From positions 620,001 to 684,000 of the forward strand of contig NW_021832432.1 of the NCBI RefSeq assembly GCF_006345805.1: 64,000 bases of DNA. Reading direction: 5' to 3'. The notes below the pieces were generated by a model. The model searched no databases. It was not told where the DNA came from and saw only the letters and a list, made by a program, of their open reading frames with translations. Source of the stretch: Octopus sinensis. Its lineage: Eukaryota. Made by a program: the position numbers and the translations under genes. Below are positions 11,819 to 24,472 of this stretch, one piece after another; positions within the stretch are counted from its first letter, which is position 1; every line of letters begins with the position of its first letter.

Positions 11819-12661
11819 TATATTTTTGAACATATAACATATGTTTATTCAGAAAAACATGACCCTAAAAAATCATGTAAGGTATACACAAAGATTACTT
11901 CTTATGTAGGATTGTTTTCTTAAAAGAAAAATTGAGAATTTTAAAAATTATTTCTTTTCAAGAAAATTCCAAAAAATTTTTTTGAAGGAAAAGTGGATGT
12001 TATTTGCCAGCAAAAATGATATATGTGAATGTATTCCTGTGGTATTTTCATTTTTTATACATGAATTCCAGATCCCTCAGCATATATGTGGAACAGAAAG
12101 ACAGATATATGATATACTTAATATCAAAGTAACATGCCAAAATAAAAAAAATTTGTGGAGCAAGATACAAACAATTTCTTTATTTTAAATTTTGCTTAAG
12201 TAAATCATTGAAAACATATACTGTGTGTTCACACATAAAATATGCTGTGAGTTCACTGTGATGCACAGTGATCGTTAAAATACCAAACCAAAATTATTAA
12301 ATATTACACAAAACTGTACTTAGATGCAGAGTGTCAGTGTAGTCATACAACTTACTAAATATATCAGCTTAATATTCCTCAAATCACAACCTGTCATTTT
12401 CAAAACAGGAAAGGATATATTGGATAAAATAGTCGTTGATATAAAAAAGGCAGGATGGCCATTGCTGGAATATCTGTAATTGTAAGTCTGCTCAATCTGA
12501 GTTGATCAGGGATTATATGAAGGCAACAGCACTCAAGATCAACACTCAAGTAATTCAGCCAATAAGAAAGCTTCTATGAAATAATTGTCAGATTTTGCTT
12601 AAATCTCATGCCACCATCTTAAAAAAATCTGATGTCTTAGACAACATTGGCTAATATAAAA

Positions 12662-13037
12662 TATTGGGTTGTCCGGAAAGTTCGTGCTGATTTTTAAAGG
12701 AAAGAAAAAAGTCAATAAATACTTGCCATTACATTTTTAATCAACCAAATATGTACCATTTTGTTGCAGAATATGTCTCCATCTTCCCTTTAACTTGAAA
12801 ATACCCTCTTCCCAGAATTGAAAGTGGTTTCATGGCAAAGAATTCATCAAGGTATCTTTTTATGTCATCCAAGGAATTGAAATTTTTACCATTAAGACTA
12901 TTCTGTAGAGACCTGAATAAGTGGAAATTGGAAGGAGCAATATCTGGTGAATATGGAGGGTGGGGTAACATATCCCAGCTGATCTGCTGCAATTTTTGTC
13001 TGGTTCCCAAAGCATCAAGTGCTGAAAATGAATGCGG
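12662..13037 (-). pseudogene. Mariner transposase C-terminal relic with TIR
   Basis: WDMLPHPPYSPDIAPSNFHLFRSLQNSLNGKNF; terminus TA-TTGGGTTGTCCGGAAAGTTC. Confidence 0.9.
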
Positions 13038-13241
13038 GACTGGCTCCTGTGCAGGTGGCACATAAAAAACACCATTTGGGTGTGGCTATTGCTAGTACCA
13101 CCTTACTGGCCCTCGTGCTGGTGTAGAAACTCTGCCAGATCAGATTGGAGCCTGGTGCAGCCATCTGGTTCGCCAGACCTCAGTCAAATCGTCCAACCCA
13201 TGCTAGCATGGAAAGCGGATGTTAAACGATGATGATGATGT
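13038..13241 (+). mobile_element. Family A repeat
   Basis: CCAACCCATGCTAGCATGGAAAGCGG plus (GAT)n. Confidence 0.8.
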
Positions 13242-13252
13242 ATATATATATA

Positions 13253-13383
13253 TGGTGGATACCATCAAGAGTGATACCGAAATGGACAGCTAATCTGAAA
13301 GAAGCGGCCCAGGATAGAACTGACTGGAGGACACTGATCCAATGAGTGACTGAAAGTGGACTTCGACTGAGTGGATAGAGAGA
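13253..13383 (+). pseudogene. RTE LINE 3' end fragment
   Basis: VDTIKSD...NLKEAAQDRTDWRTLIQ*VTESGLRLSG*, an RTE/BovB-like C-terminus. Confidence 0.7.
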
Positions 13384-14360
13384 AATATGGTGGATGTGAC
13401 ATCACTTCCCAACCAAGATCCAATAATTTTTCACGAGTTAGCAAAGACCTGTGTGGTCTAGCATTGTCATGGTGGAACATGATTCCTGTATGAAATGCCA
13501 ATTCTGGCTGTTTTTCTTTGATTGCTTCCTCCAGTTTCATTAGTTGTTGACAGTAAACATCTGAATTGATCGTTTAGTTCCTTGTAAACAGCTCAAAATA
13601 CACAACACCTTTGTTATCCCACCAAATTGACAGCATGACCTTTTTTGATACAATTCATCTTTCGATGTGGTTTGTGCTGGTTTCTTATGCTTGGATCATG
13701 ATCGTTTTTGATTGATGTTATTGTTATTTTTCATCATCAGTGATGATTCTTTTAAAAAGAAGTCGATTTCATTGTGCTTAAGATGTATATTGCAAATATT
13801 GATTTGCTGTGTTAAGTGAATCTCTTTCAATCTATGTGGGACCTAGATGTCGAGCTTCTTAATGACTCCAAGACATTTTAAGTGATTTTCAATTGTTGTG
13901 TGTGATACATTTAAACTCTCTGCAGTCTTTCGCACAGTTATATGGCAATCAGATTCAAGGCTTTGATTCGGTCATCATCAACTTCAGCAGGTCGACCAGA
14001 ACGTTAGTTATCTTTGAGGGAAAAATCTCCCAAACAAAATTTCTTAAACCATTTCTGACATGTGTGTTCTGTTAAACAAGCAACACAATAAACTTCGCAT
14101 ATCTCTTCATGAGCCCCAGCAGCTTTCTTACCTTTACAGAAATAAGACAAAAGCAAAATATGGCAAAAATGTTTCTTTTTGCACTCCGTGTTAAAATTGA
14201 AACTGAACTAACAGCTGTAAATAAAATTACGCACAATTTACTTCTAAAGTAACGATTATCAATTGTCAAAAGGAAAAAAAAACTTATAACATTGATAAAG
14301 TCATTAAAAAAATCGTAACTATTTATTTGCAAAAAAAAACGAAATTAGTTTCTTACCAAC

Positions 14361-14364
<4 letters not shown>
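13384..14364 (-). pseudogene. Mariner transposase relic (N-terminus to HPP) with TIR
   Basis: GDFSLKD..RSGRP.EVDDD; FLKRIITDDEK; KVMLSIWWD.KGVVYFEL; FHHDNARPH; terminus TA-TTGGGTTGGTAAG. Confidence 0.9.
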
Positions 14365-14395
<31 letters not shown>

Positions 14396-14402
14396 GCAAA
14401 CT

Positions 14403-14436
<34 letters not shown>

Positions 14437-14437
<1 letters not shown>

Positions 14438-14824
14438 CTAGCAGTATCGCCCGGCGTTGCTCGGGTTTGTTTCAACCCTTTAGAATTAGAATTTTTGAAA
14501 AGTAAAAATTTTGCATTATGTAGCTTGTTATTCTCTTTAAGTGAACATTTTTCTGGTTGAAATACACCGAAAAATGGCGACACAGCTGTCAAAAAATTGT
14601 AAAAAATAGGGATTTTCATAGAAAAAAAGCACCTTTTTGATGTAAATAATTTTTGGTGTTAACATGGTCCGATTTGAATATTTTCTTCTACAGAAGGAAG
14701 AGCAAGCCTTCTTCTATCATACTCTCAATTTTGGTCAACTTGTGCCGCAGGGTCTCGGAGGAGATAGTGTTTGTTGAAGGCAACCAAACCTGCAACACAC
14801 AGACAACTTCAGCTTTATATATAT
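14437..14824 (+). mobile_element. Non-autonomous Helitron/Helentron-like element, type 1
   Basis: 5' ACTAGCAGTATCGCCCGGCGTTGCTCGGG hairpin, 3' GGAGGAG...ACAGACAAC...TTTATATA; sits in a TA tract with no TSD. Confidence 0.65.
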
Positions 14825-15343
14825 ACTAGCAGTATCGCCCGGCGTTGCTCGGGTTTGTAAGGGAAATAACTATATAAGCATTTTTAGAGAGTTACTTCCT
14901 TTATAGATGCCAATTCGGGCTTTCTTAGCCATTTCTGTTTTGGTGTCTTCAAGCCATGAAGTCGTTGTTCTAAAAGAACGCTGGTCTCCTTGACAACGCA
15001 TTACGACGTTGATTTCCTTAAACTCCCTTGCCCACAGCTTCACGAGGGAGGGAAGAAGGGGGAGAAGCAAACACAGGTGCAGGTGCTTGAGCGTGGACGC
15101 CAACTCCGCCGCCATCGACACACGAAAAATTATGCATTAAAATGGAACAAAAAATGATGTTAAATTATTTAAAAAATCGTAGACTCATCGTAGACGCGCG
15201 CTAATAGCCAGACGGGCTCGATATGAATCACAACTATAAGATACCCGGTTTTGGTTAAACTGCACCGCAAAATGTGGGAGGAGTTAGGAATCTAAATCGT
15301 AGGAGACAGACACTCACACAACTACAGTTTTATATATATAGAT
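14825..15343 (+). mobile_element. Non-autonomous Helitron/Helentron-like element, type 2
   Basis: Same 5' 33 nt as type 1 but a different body; full-length homolog at 56354-56868. Confidence 0.7.
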
Positions 15344-15448
15344 ATGAATTAGAGATAATTTTGTAAGTTTGGAGTTATACTCCCTAATATTAATATTATA
15401 TATATATATATATATAGATAGATAGATAGATGGATGGATGGATGGATT

Positions 15449-15487
<39 letters not shown>

Positions 15488-16179
15488 GCGTTGAGTTATA
15501 TCAATATTAAAAAAATTTCCACCCTGTCATTTCATTTCGTATCATATTATCGACCTTCAAATTCTTCCACCTATATTAACACGATTTATGTATATTCTTT
15601 ATCAGATTTTCCTGTTTATATTTACATGATTTATGTATATTTATATAATGTATATTTAATATAATTTGTATGGTGTATGTACTGTGTGTGGCTTTGTATG
15701 TGCACGGTATTTGAGCTCTTTAGAGACGTTGTATATATAATAGATTTCAGTTTTTCTTTTATATTTTATTTATATTTTGTATTTTGTATTTTCTTCGTAC
15801 ATTTCATGTTCATTCACGCATTTATAGCTTTTTAAAATTACATCTTAATATATTTTAATACATTTTAATATACCTTGTAAAATTTTTATATATAATTTTA
15901 TTTATTTATTTATTAAAAAAATTTTCTTTTTGTTTTTTTTATTATACCTTCACCTATCTTGGTGGAATCCTCCATTAGGTACGTTTTGCTTTCATATTGC
16001 TTCACACCTGTCCTCTATTTAAGCGTAAGCCTCTTGGTTGCATAGTTCAATCAGCGCCTGATGAATGTATGTAAAACTATTAGTAGCACATAGAATGCAT
16101 ATAGTATGAAGCATTTATAGTAATATTAGACTTTCCTTAGATGGAGTACTCTTCTTAATGATTTTTACACAAATTAATT

Positions 16180-16181
16180 TC

Positions 16182-16240
<59 letters not shown>

Positions 16241-16291
16241 CATACAAATTATCTGACAGCTTAAAAAACTTAATACACACACACATGTATA

Positions 16292-16361
<70 letters not shown>

Positions 16362-16422
16362 TGCACATACATACATACATACATATATATATATATACAT
16401 ATATGCACATACATACATACAT

Positions 16423-16459
<37 letters not shown>

Positions 16460-16460
16460 C
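16180..16460. repeat. (TA)n-rich microsatellite cluster
   Basis: Direct reading. Confidence 0.95.
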
Positions 16461-16787
16461 GTTTAGATATATGTCACTTTAAATCAGAGTATATATATTA
16501 TTATTATTATGATATATTGTTATATACTTATTATTGTATAAAAGACGTTCATTGTCACATTTTCTCCATAACTTATAAAACCTTCGAGTTTGTTTACAAA
16601 TATTATATGTAGTATTAGACAGTTATGTATCTATACATATAATTTGGCTGAGTTTGATGGGTGAGCATGTTGGCCAAACTGGATATGCAAGGAGCCATCA
16701 TGTAAGTGTTGATTTGTGGGTTCAATTGTGGGTTAGCTCATCATTGTTCAGTCAATTGTTTAAATATATGTTGCTTTAAATTGGAGA

Positions 16788-16820
<33 letters not shown>

Positions 16821-16970
16821 ATTATTATTATTATTATTATCATTATTATTATTATTGTTATGATATATTATTATGTAGCTATTGTATATACTCCTGGAAG
16901 AGTATTTTCAATGCACCACTCGATACAGACTTGGGTTATCTACACTCTTGAATTCTAGCCTTAAGTATGA

Positions 16971-17103
16971 TCAAAGTTCTTCTGGTGTAGAAAGAGTCAC
17001 TTCGGTAAAAACCAATGTTTGGCTCCAGCAATTAAAAAGACAGTGACCAGTTACAGTCATTTTGGTAGCACTCTGTTTTAATGCTATTGCACATAAAGGT
17101 TCA
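16971..17103 (-). CDS. Candidate terminal exon, EPLCAIALKQSATKMTVTGHCLFNCWSQTLVFTEVTLSTPEEL*
   Basis: Minus strand ttttacataatttttacag acceptor and 43 open codons; protein not recognised. Confidence 0.25.
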
Positions 17104-17324
17104 CTGTAAAAATTATGTAAAATTCGTGGTTTAAAACATGAGAAAGTGCAACTTTTGATGCAAGTCTGATGAAGTGCCACTCTCACGTTTGAAACTGCAA
17201 AATATCACACAACTTTTCCCATTGAACTTTTGCGTGCAATGGTGTTAAAAACGGATGATACAGAAATAATTGTAACTGGTCATTAAAGATGAGATAAACT
17301 CTTTCTTTTCTTATTTGAATAATT

Positions 17325-17358
<34 letters not shown>

Positions 17359-17470
17359 TATATATATAAGTTCAGTAAAATTTAGATTCAGTTGAATATG
17401 GTACTTAAGTTAAAGGCACCAGAATTTAGTATGGTATTATCCATATAATTCAAAATGGGGTTGATTACAA

Positions 17471-17647
17471 TCAAAATAAGCAACAAGGATATCCAGAGGT
17501 AATGCAGTACGATCGTTTCATGCAACCCCATTTAATTGAACAATGAAAATTTTAAAACTGATGTAATATTTTCATTGTTCAATTGAATGGAGTCGCATGA
17601 AACGATCATACTGCATTACCTCTGGATATCCTTGTTGCTTATTTTGA
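17471..17647. repeat. Fold-back, about 80-bp arms, 17-nt loop
   Basis: 17471-17550 is the reverse complement of 17568-17647. Confidence 0.9.
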
Positions 17648-17949
17648 ATATATATATATGTATTTGTGTGTGTATATGACAAGGTGTGTGTATGTATGTA
17701 TGTTTGTATGTATGTATGTGTATATACTTATTTCTACTTCCCATATTTCATGGTGGATTAATTTTGAAATTTCAGGCAAAGGCCTTTCAGACAGTCCAAA
17801 TCACAAGTTAGCAGAAGATCATTATTGTTTTAGCTACAGACATAGTAAATCATAATAATTTAAAAAAATTTGTGGTTAGGAGCTGTCAAAAAAAAAAAAG
17901 AAAAAGAAAGCGTCTGTATGTCTGAAGGGAAAAAGGATTAGTGAACATA

Positions 17950-18568
17950 ACGATGGTGATGGTGGTGGTGTTGGTGTTGGTGGTGGTAGTGGTAGTGGTG
18001 GTGGTAGTGGTGACAACAACGATGATGACAACACTTGTGATGGTGCTAGTTGGCAAGAGAGAAGAAGAAAGAAGAGAAGAAGAAGAAGAAGAAGAAGAAG
18101 AGAGAAGAAGAGAAGAAGAGAAGAAGAAGAGAAGAAGAAGAAGAAGAAGAAAAGAAGAAGAAGAAGAAGAAGAAGAAGAAGAAGAAAAGAAGAAGAGAAG
18201 AAGAAGAGAGAAGAAGAGAAGAAGGAGAAGAAGAGAAGAAGGAGAAGAAGAAGAGAAGAAGAGAAGAAGAAGAAGGAGAAAAGAAGAAGAAGAAAAGAAG
18301 AAGAAGAAGAAGGAGAAGAAGAAGGAGAAGAAGAAGAAGGAGAAGAAGAAGGAGGAGAAGAAGAAGAAGAAGAAGAAGAAGAAGGAGAAGAAGGAGAAGG
18401 AGAAGGAGAAGAAGAAGAAGAAGAAGAAGGAGAAGTTGAAGAAGGAGAAGTTGAAGAAGGAGAAGTTGAAGAAGGAGAAGTTGAAGAAGAAGAAGAAGGA
18501 GAAGAAGGAGAAGAGGAAGGAGAAGAAGAAGAAGAGAAGGAGAAGAAGAAGAAGAAGAAGAAGAAGAG
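17950..18568. repeat. (GGT/GAT)n followed by an about 510-bp (GAA)n-type polypurine tract
   Basis: 18055-18568 is all purine apart from a few TT dinucleotides in GAAGTTG units. Confidence 0.95.
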
Positions 18569-18935
18569 GTAAGGCATAGGAGGAGGATTTACTAATGAAG
18601 TGATCTTGCAGGTATAGAATAATAGCAAAATATTATAGGCTTCACTATTATAAACTTTGTAATTTAAATAAAGAGAAAAACTGAAATTTAGAGAGAAAGA
18701 AAAGCAGAGAGACAGTGAAAAGGAGAGAGTAATTTCACAGAGAAAGGAAAGAGGAAAAAGATTGAAGACAGATAGAAAAAGATAATTATATATATTGGGT
18801 TATCCTATAAATAATGCAGTTTTTTCAGTTGCATGAACTAAAATTCAGAAGGGGTGGGGTAATAATTTTGCCTTGTTCTGTTCTTAGTGCAAGTTTTGAA
18901 GAATGCAGTTCGATTTTAACAGATATATATATATA

Positions 18936-19140
18936 TGGCACCTGTGTTGGTGGCACATAAAATCACCCACTACACTCTCGGAGTGGTTGGCATTAGGAAG
19001 GGCATCCAGCTGTAGAAACACTGCCAGATCTGACTGGCCTGGTGCAGCCTTCGGGCTTGCCAGACCCCAGTTGAACCGTCCAACCCATGCTAGCATGGAA
19101 AGCGGACGTTAAACGACGATGATGATGATGATGATGATGA
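18936..19140 (+). mobile_element. Family A repeat
   Basis: GTTGGCATTAGGAAGGGCATCCAGCTGTAG plus (GAT)n. Confidence 0.85.
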
Positions 19141-19329
19141 TATATATATACAAATATATATATATATATATATATATATGCAAACACACACACACGCAAA
19201 CACACACACTCTCACACACAAACACACACGTATATATATATATATAGGTAGATAGATGAATAGAAACACTCTATAAACGTATATATAGAGAGAGAGGTTT
19301 ATGTATAAATTATATATATATATATATAA

Positions 19330-19747
19330 AAAGTAGTTGTATACAGTCAACTTAATGTGACAGTCCTATGAAGGGAATCATACTACTGCTATTTAGCCCT
19401 AGGAAGTAGCAATGCTTCCTCTTGGCCTCGACACATTTCCTGTGTCCTTATGCTTGCAAATCAGTAAATGTATTTCACTAAAATTCTTATAAGTTTGCAA
19501 AAGCTAGATAGGCATCTCCAACTAGCAAGCCATGCAACTTCAGACTGATGATGAGCAAGGACTCAGAAACTAGTCTCTGGATGCAGGCTTAGCTGGGTGG
19601 AGGTGCTTGTCTCCCCCTTGCAAACATAAGGACACAGGAAATGTGTCAAGGACAATAGGAAGCATTGCTGCTTCCTAGGGCTAAATAGCAGTAGTATGAT
19701 TCCCTTCATGGGACTGTCACATTAAGCTGATGGTATACAACTACTTT
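19330..19747. mobile_element. Fold-back/MITE, about 130-bp arms
   Basis: 19330-19459 is inverted relative to 19618-19747. Confidence 0.85.
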
Positions 19748-19798
19748 ATTGTACCACTACTGCATAAATCTCTCTGAGATATTTAGAAATGTATTATT

Positions 19799-19830
<32 letters not shown>

Positions 19831-19848
19831 ATAAATATATATAAATAT

Positions 19849-20240
19849 AGGCACAGGAGTGGCTGTGTGGTAAGTAGCTTGCTAAACAACCACATGGTTC
19901 CGGGTTCAGTCCCACTGTGTGGCATCTTGGGCAAGTGTCTTCTGCTATAGCCCCGGGCCGACCAATGCCTTGTGAGTGGATTTGGTAGTATATATGTATA
20001 TATATATATGTATGTGTGTGTGTTTGTGTGTCTGTGTTTGTCCCCCTAGAATTGCTTGACAACCGATGCTGGTATGTTTACGTCCCCGTTACTTAGCGGT
20101 TCGGCAAAAGAGACTGATAGAATAAGTACTGGGCTTACAAAGAATAAGTCCTGGGGTCGAGTTGCTCGATTAAAGGCGGTGCTCCAGCGTGGCCACAGTC
20201 AAATGACTGAAACAAGTGAAAGAGAAAGAGAAAGAGAATA
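19849..20240 (+). mobile_element. Family B SINE
   Basis: Full head and tail with a small internal deletion. Confidence 0.85.
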
Positions 20241-20522
20241 TAAATTGAAAGTTACAATGAATAAACACTTGTATTGGTCAAAACAACTTTATAACATTCC
20301 CATATTATCATAAATCAAACATAAATATATATTACAACATCAGGACCTTCAATGGTAAAACCCAATAGTATAAAACATACACATATATATGAATAAAAGG
20401 TGATAAAACCTAAAAGGGTAATACGGGTGAAGTCGAATGAAGAAAAATATATGGATTAAATTAATGCAGAATAAAAGCGACTAAAAATTTCTGGCAATGA
20501 AACTAAAATAATATAAATATAA

Positions 20523-20894
20523 ATATAAATATATGAAAAAATATAGGGCAAAGTGGTAACCAGAAAAGAGTCCATTCAAATCCATCTCTATGATCATTTC
20601 AAAAGATGTTACCTCACTTCGTTAATGTAAAATCCATTAAGGAAATCCAAAAGCAATGACCTTTTCTTCAGGAGAAAACCAACGACTTTTTCTTCATGAG
20701 ATGTGATCATTTGACAGCCAGAAATGTGAGACTTTTGTAAATTTTCTCCTGAAGAAAAGGTCGTTGTCTTTGGATATCCTTAATGGATTTTACATTGACA
20801 AAGTGAGGCAGCATCTTTTGAAATGATCGTAGAAATGGATTTGAATGGACTCTTTTCTGGTTACACTTTGCCCTATGTTTTTATATATTTATAT
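20523..20894. repeat. Fold-back, about 155-bp arms, 63-bp spacer
   Basis: 20523-20678 is inverted relative to 20742-20894. Confidence 0.9.
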
Positions 20895-20949
20895 CATTTT
20901 AGTTCCATTGCCTTAAATTTGAGTGGCCCAAAGAGAAGGAAGACAGCTC

Positions 20950-21180
20950 GAGATCAGTAAGAAAAAAATCATTTGCAAGATTTATTTGATTAAATGCAGT
21001 GAACATAAGGATATACTTTGGTGGAGAAGAGTGACAACTTTTGGCATGTGTCGGTATTACTGGAACTCCTTTACAAAGCATCGTCATTTTCGTCTGCTAA
21101 ATCCGTGGAGAGAAAGGAATTTATGCATATACAAAGATTGTACAATTGTGATATTGTTAACAATCACATATAGTTGATTC
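20950..21180 (+). pseudogene. Decayed GIY-YIG endonuclease relic (Penelope-like)
   Basis: CKIYLIKCS, frameshift, RIYFGGE...KHRHFRL; spacing fits a GIY-YIG hairpin. Confidence 0.5.
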
Positions 21181-21334
21181 TCACTCTTATTCTTTCTCTG
21201 ATTCTAAAATTAAGTATTTAAAGATCTTCTGTTCCTTCTTCTCAGTTAGACACACTTTATATTATAAAGGAGTATTATCAATGAGTGATATAGACATGGT
21301 TTCTCTTTAGTGTCTCAAACAAAAGTTATATGTC

Positions 21335-21564
21335 TGTTTCTTTATTGCCCACAAGGGGCTAAACATAGAGGGGACAAACAAGGACAGACAAACGGATTAA
21401 GTCGATTACATCGACCCCAGTGCGTAACTGGTACTTAATTTATCGACCCCGAAAGGATGAAAGGCAAAGTCGACCTTGGCCGAATTTGAACTCAGAATGC
21501 AACGACAATACCGCTAAGCATTTCGCCCGGTGTGCTAACGTTTTTGCCAGCTCGCCGCCTTAAT
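21335..21564 (-). mobile_element. Family C SINE, intact
   Basis: 17-bp TSD AACAAAAGTTATATGTC at 21318-21334 and 21565-21581. Confidence 0.9.
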
Positions 21565-22117
21565 AACAAAAGTTATATGTCACAAGATGCAGTGGAAGGA
21601 CTTGATGGCAAGAAAGGTTGTTGTCTGAAAAACGCTCTCTCAGGAAGCCTGTCAAACTCATGCCAGCACAAAAGAGTGGATGTAAAGACGACGACGATGA
21701 TGATGATGATGACGATGATGATGTTGATGAGTAATGTTATTTACAATAAAATCTTAACAGCTGTTATATAACTTTTATCATTGACTAAAACTGAACATTC
21801 TGCAGGTTATTAACTCTAACACTTTAATATTTACCTTGATGTAGTTGAAAGTGGGCTTCTTGTCCAAAAACATGTTTTATGAAATATATTCACTACAAGG
21901 CATATTTTTGAAGTTGGCAGATGTCTCTTTTCTTTAGAAGTGCTTCCAACAGATATGAAACAAAAAAAAGATCATCATACAATTATCCTCATTTAACTTC
22001 TGTGTTTTATGCTGGCATGGGTTTGGAGGGTTTGACTGGTTCCAATGAGCCAAAAAACTGCACTGAGCTTCAACACCTGCGTCAAAGCAGGTGTTGAAGC
22101 TCAGTGTTGAAGTTTAT

Positions 22118-22520
22118 AGGTGTAGGAGTGGCTGTGTGGTAAGTAGCTTGCTTACAAACCACATGGTTCCGAGTTCAGTCCCACTGTGTGGCACCTTGGG
22201 CAAGTGTCTTCTACTATAGCCTCGGGCCCACCAAAGCCTTGTGAGTGGATTTGGTAGATGGAATCTGAAAGAAGCCCGTCGTATTTATGTATATGTATAT
22301 ATATGTATGTGTGTTTGTGTGTCTGTGTTTGTTCCCCCCAACATTGCTTGACAACTGATGCTGGTGTGTTTACATCCCCGTAACTTAGCAGTTTGGCAAA
22401 AGAGACCGATAGAACTAGGCTTACAAAGAATAAGTCCCGAGGTCGATTTGTTTGACTAAAGGTGGTGCTCCAGCATGGCTGTTGTCAAATGACTGAAACA
22501 AGTAAAAGAGACTAAAAGAG
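22118..22520 (+). mobile_element. Family B SINE within an older A repeat
   Basis: Full-length; minus-strand A fragments at about 21985-22100 and 22520-22810. Confidence 0.85.
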
Positions 22521-22888
22521 ACATGGTTTTTACTGCTGGATGCTCTTCCTAATGCCAACAACTTTACTGTATGTTCTGGGTGGTTTTTATATGACAGCCA
22601 CGCTTGTGAGATCACCGAGTAAAGTAATTTGCAAGATCGGACACCCTAAGGTAGGTGAGGGTACAGTATTGAGAATGGTGGCTTTGTGCCAGGTACTGAG
22701 AGGCTAAAATATGATAGAAAAATGTGTCTTGTAACAGAGATATGGTAATGCCATGATATATGAGCTTATTTATTCCTGGAGACCCCTCATAAAACAAAAT
22801 CTTGTAAAACAGAGCAATAATTTCCCATAGATGCAATGTTATAAATCATAATTCATTGCCAGAAAAATATTTTACCTATAAAATTTAT

Positions 22889-23380
<492 letters not shown>

Positions 23381-23534
23381 TGTTATGTGAGTAGTCATGT
23401 AATTCTTCCACAGCAAGAACTTTGTTCTATTCTGGCTCATTCTTTCATACCTTAATCTCTCATCTAACATAAAGCTTGTTCCTCCTCTACTGTAATCCCA
23501 GTCAGTCGAACAGTATCTTAGTTTTGAAAGCTGC

Positions 23535-23725
23535 ATGTGCTGGCACCACCAAAAAGGTAAAAGAAAAGCACCCTGTACACTCTGTAAAATAGTTGGCATT
23601 AGAAAGGGCATCCCGCTGTAGAAACTATGTCAAAGCAAACATAGGCTCATGAAGCCGTCCTCAAACCTGCCAGATCCTATCGAATCATCCAGCCCATGCC
23701 AATATGGAAGATGGACATGGTGATG
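23535..23725 (+). mobile_element. Family A repeat, degenerate
   Basis: GTTGGCATTAGAAAGGGCATCC core. Confidence 0.7.
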
Positions 23726-24472
23726 ACTAAGTATTTAATACTTGGTTCAGTTAAACTGGTTGAAACTTCTGAAGACTTTGCATGACTACAGTCCAATTAC
23801 TGAAACCATTTAAGGAACATCACGAGGACTAACAGAATATCAACCATGTTTAATGAATACAAATCTAGACAGAATTATAGAAGCATATTATAGAAGCATA
23901 TTATGTACTTTACATTAATATAAAATCAGGTCAGTACAGTATTAATACACTAATGAAACGACATCCAGCCATCTGATGTGATGACAACTAATTCTCAAAT
24001 TAATTCTTGGTGTAGCTAAATTAAATACATTCAATCTGAAATAAGACATTCATGTGTAGGATGTCATCTGCTGGAGATATTTTCTATATTGATGTGTTAG
24101 TAATGCCTAATTGATCAATCAGTGAAATAAATTAATGTTGTGTCAGGGTATGAACTTAAGATAAAATGTATCAAAGGAATTATATTGAGAAATTTCATTG
24201 TTTAATTGTTCACAGGCCAAGCAGTACACAGTATTATCTGTCATGCCAATAAATGAGTTTGTATGTTGTTATTCATTTTACTAGAAATAGCAGGAAGATT
24301 GCTTCAAATCACATGCAACTGCCTATTATTAAGATTATTTTTTTGTTTTGTTTTGTTTTCTTCTTTTTAAAGTGTAGTCAGAGTTGGAAAGGCAGCAAGA
24401 ATGACCCTTTTCAGCGTCCCCCAAGACTGGCAGGAGGAATGGATGATATTAATCTCAGGTTAGAACGCTAGC

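Noticed and set aside
16058-16064. CTGATGA hammerhead candidate
   Set aside because: No stem II/GAAA arrangement follows.
17166-17200. CTGATGA...GAAAC hammerhead candidate
   Set aside because: Stem II is offset from GAAA and there is no stem I partner.
20749-20790. CTGAAGA hammerhead candidate in the fold-back
   Set aside because: GGAU replaces GAAA in both arms.
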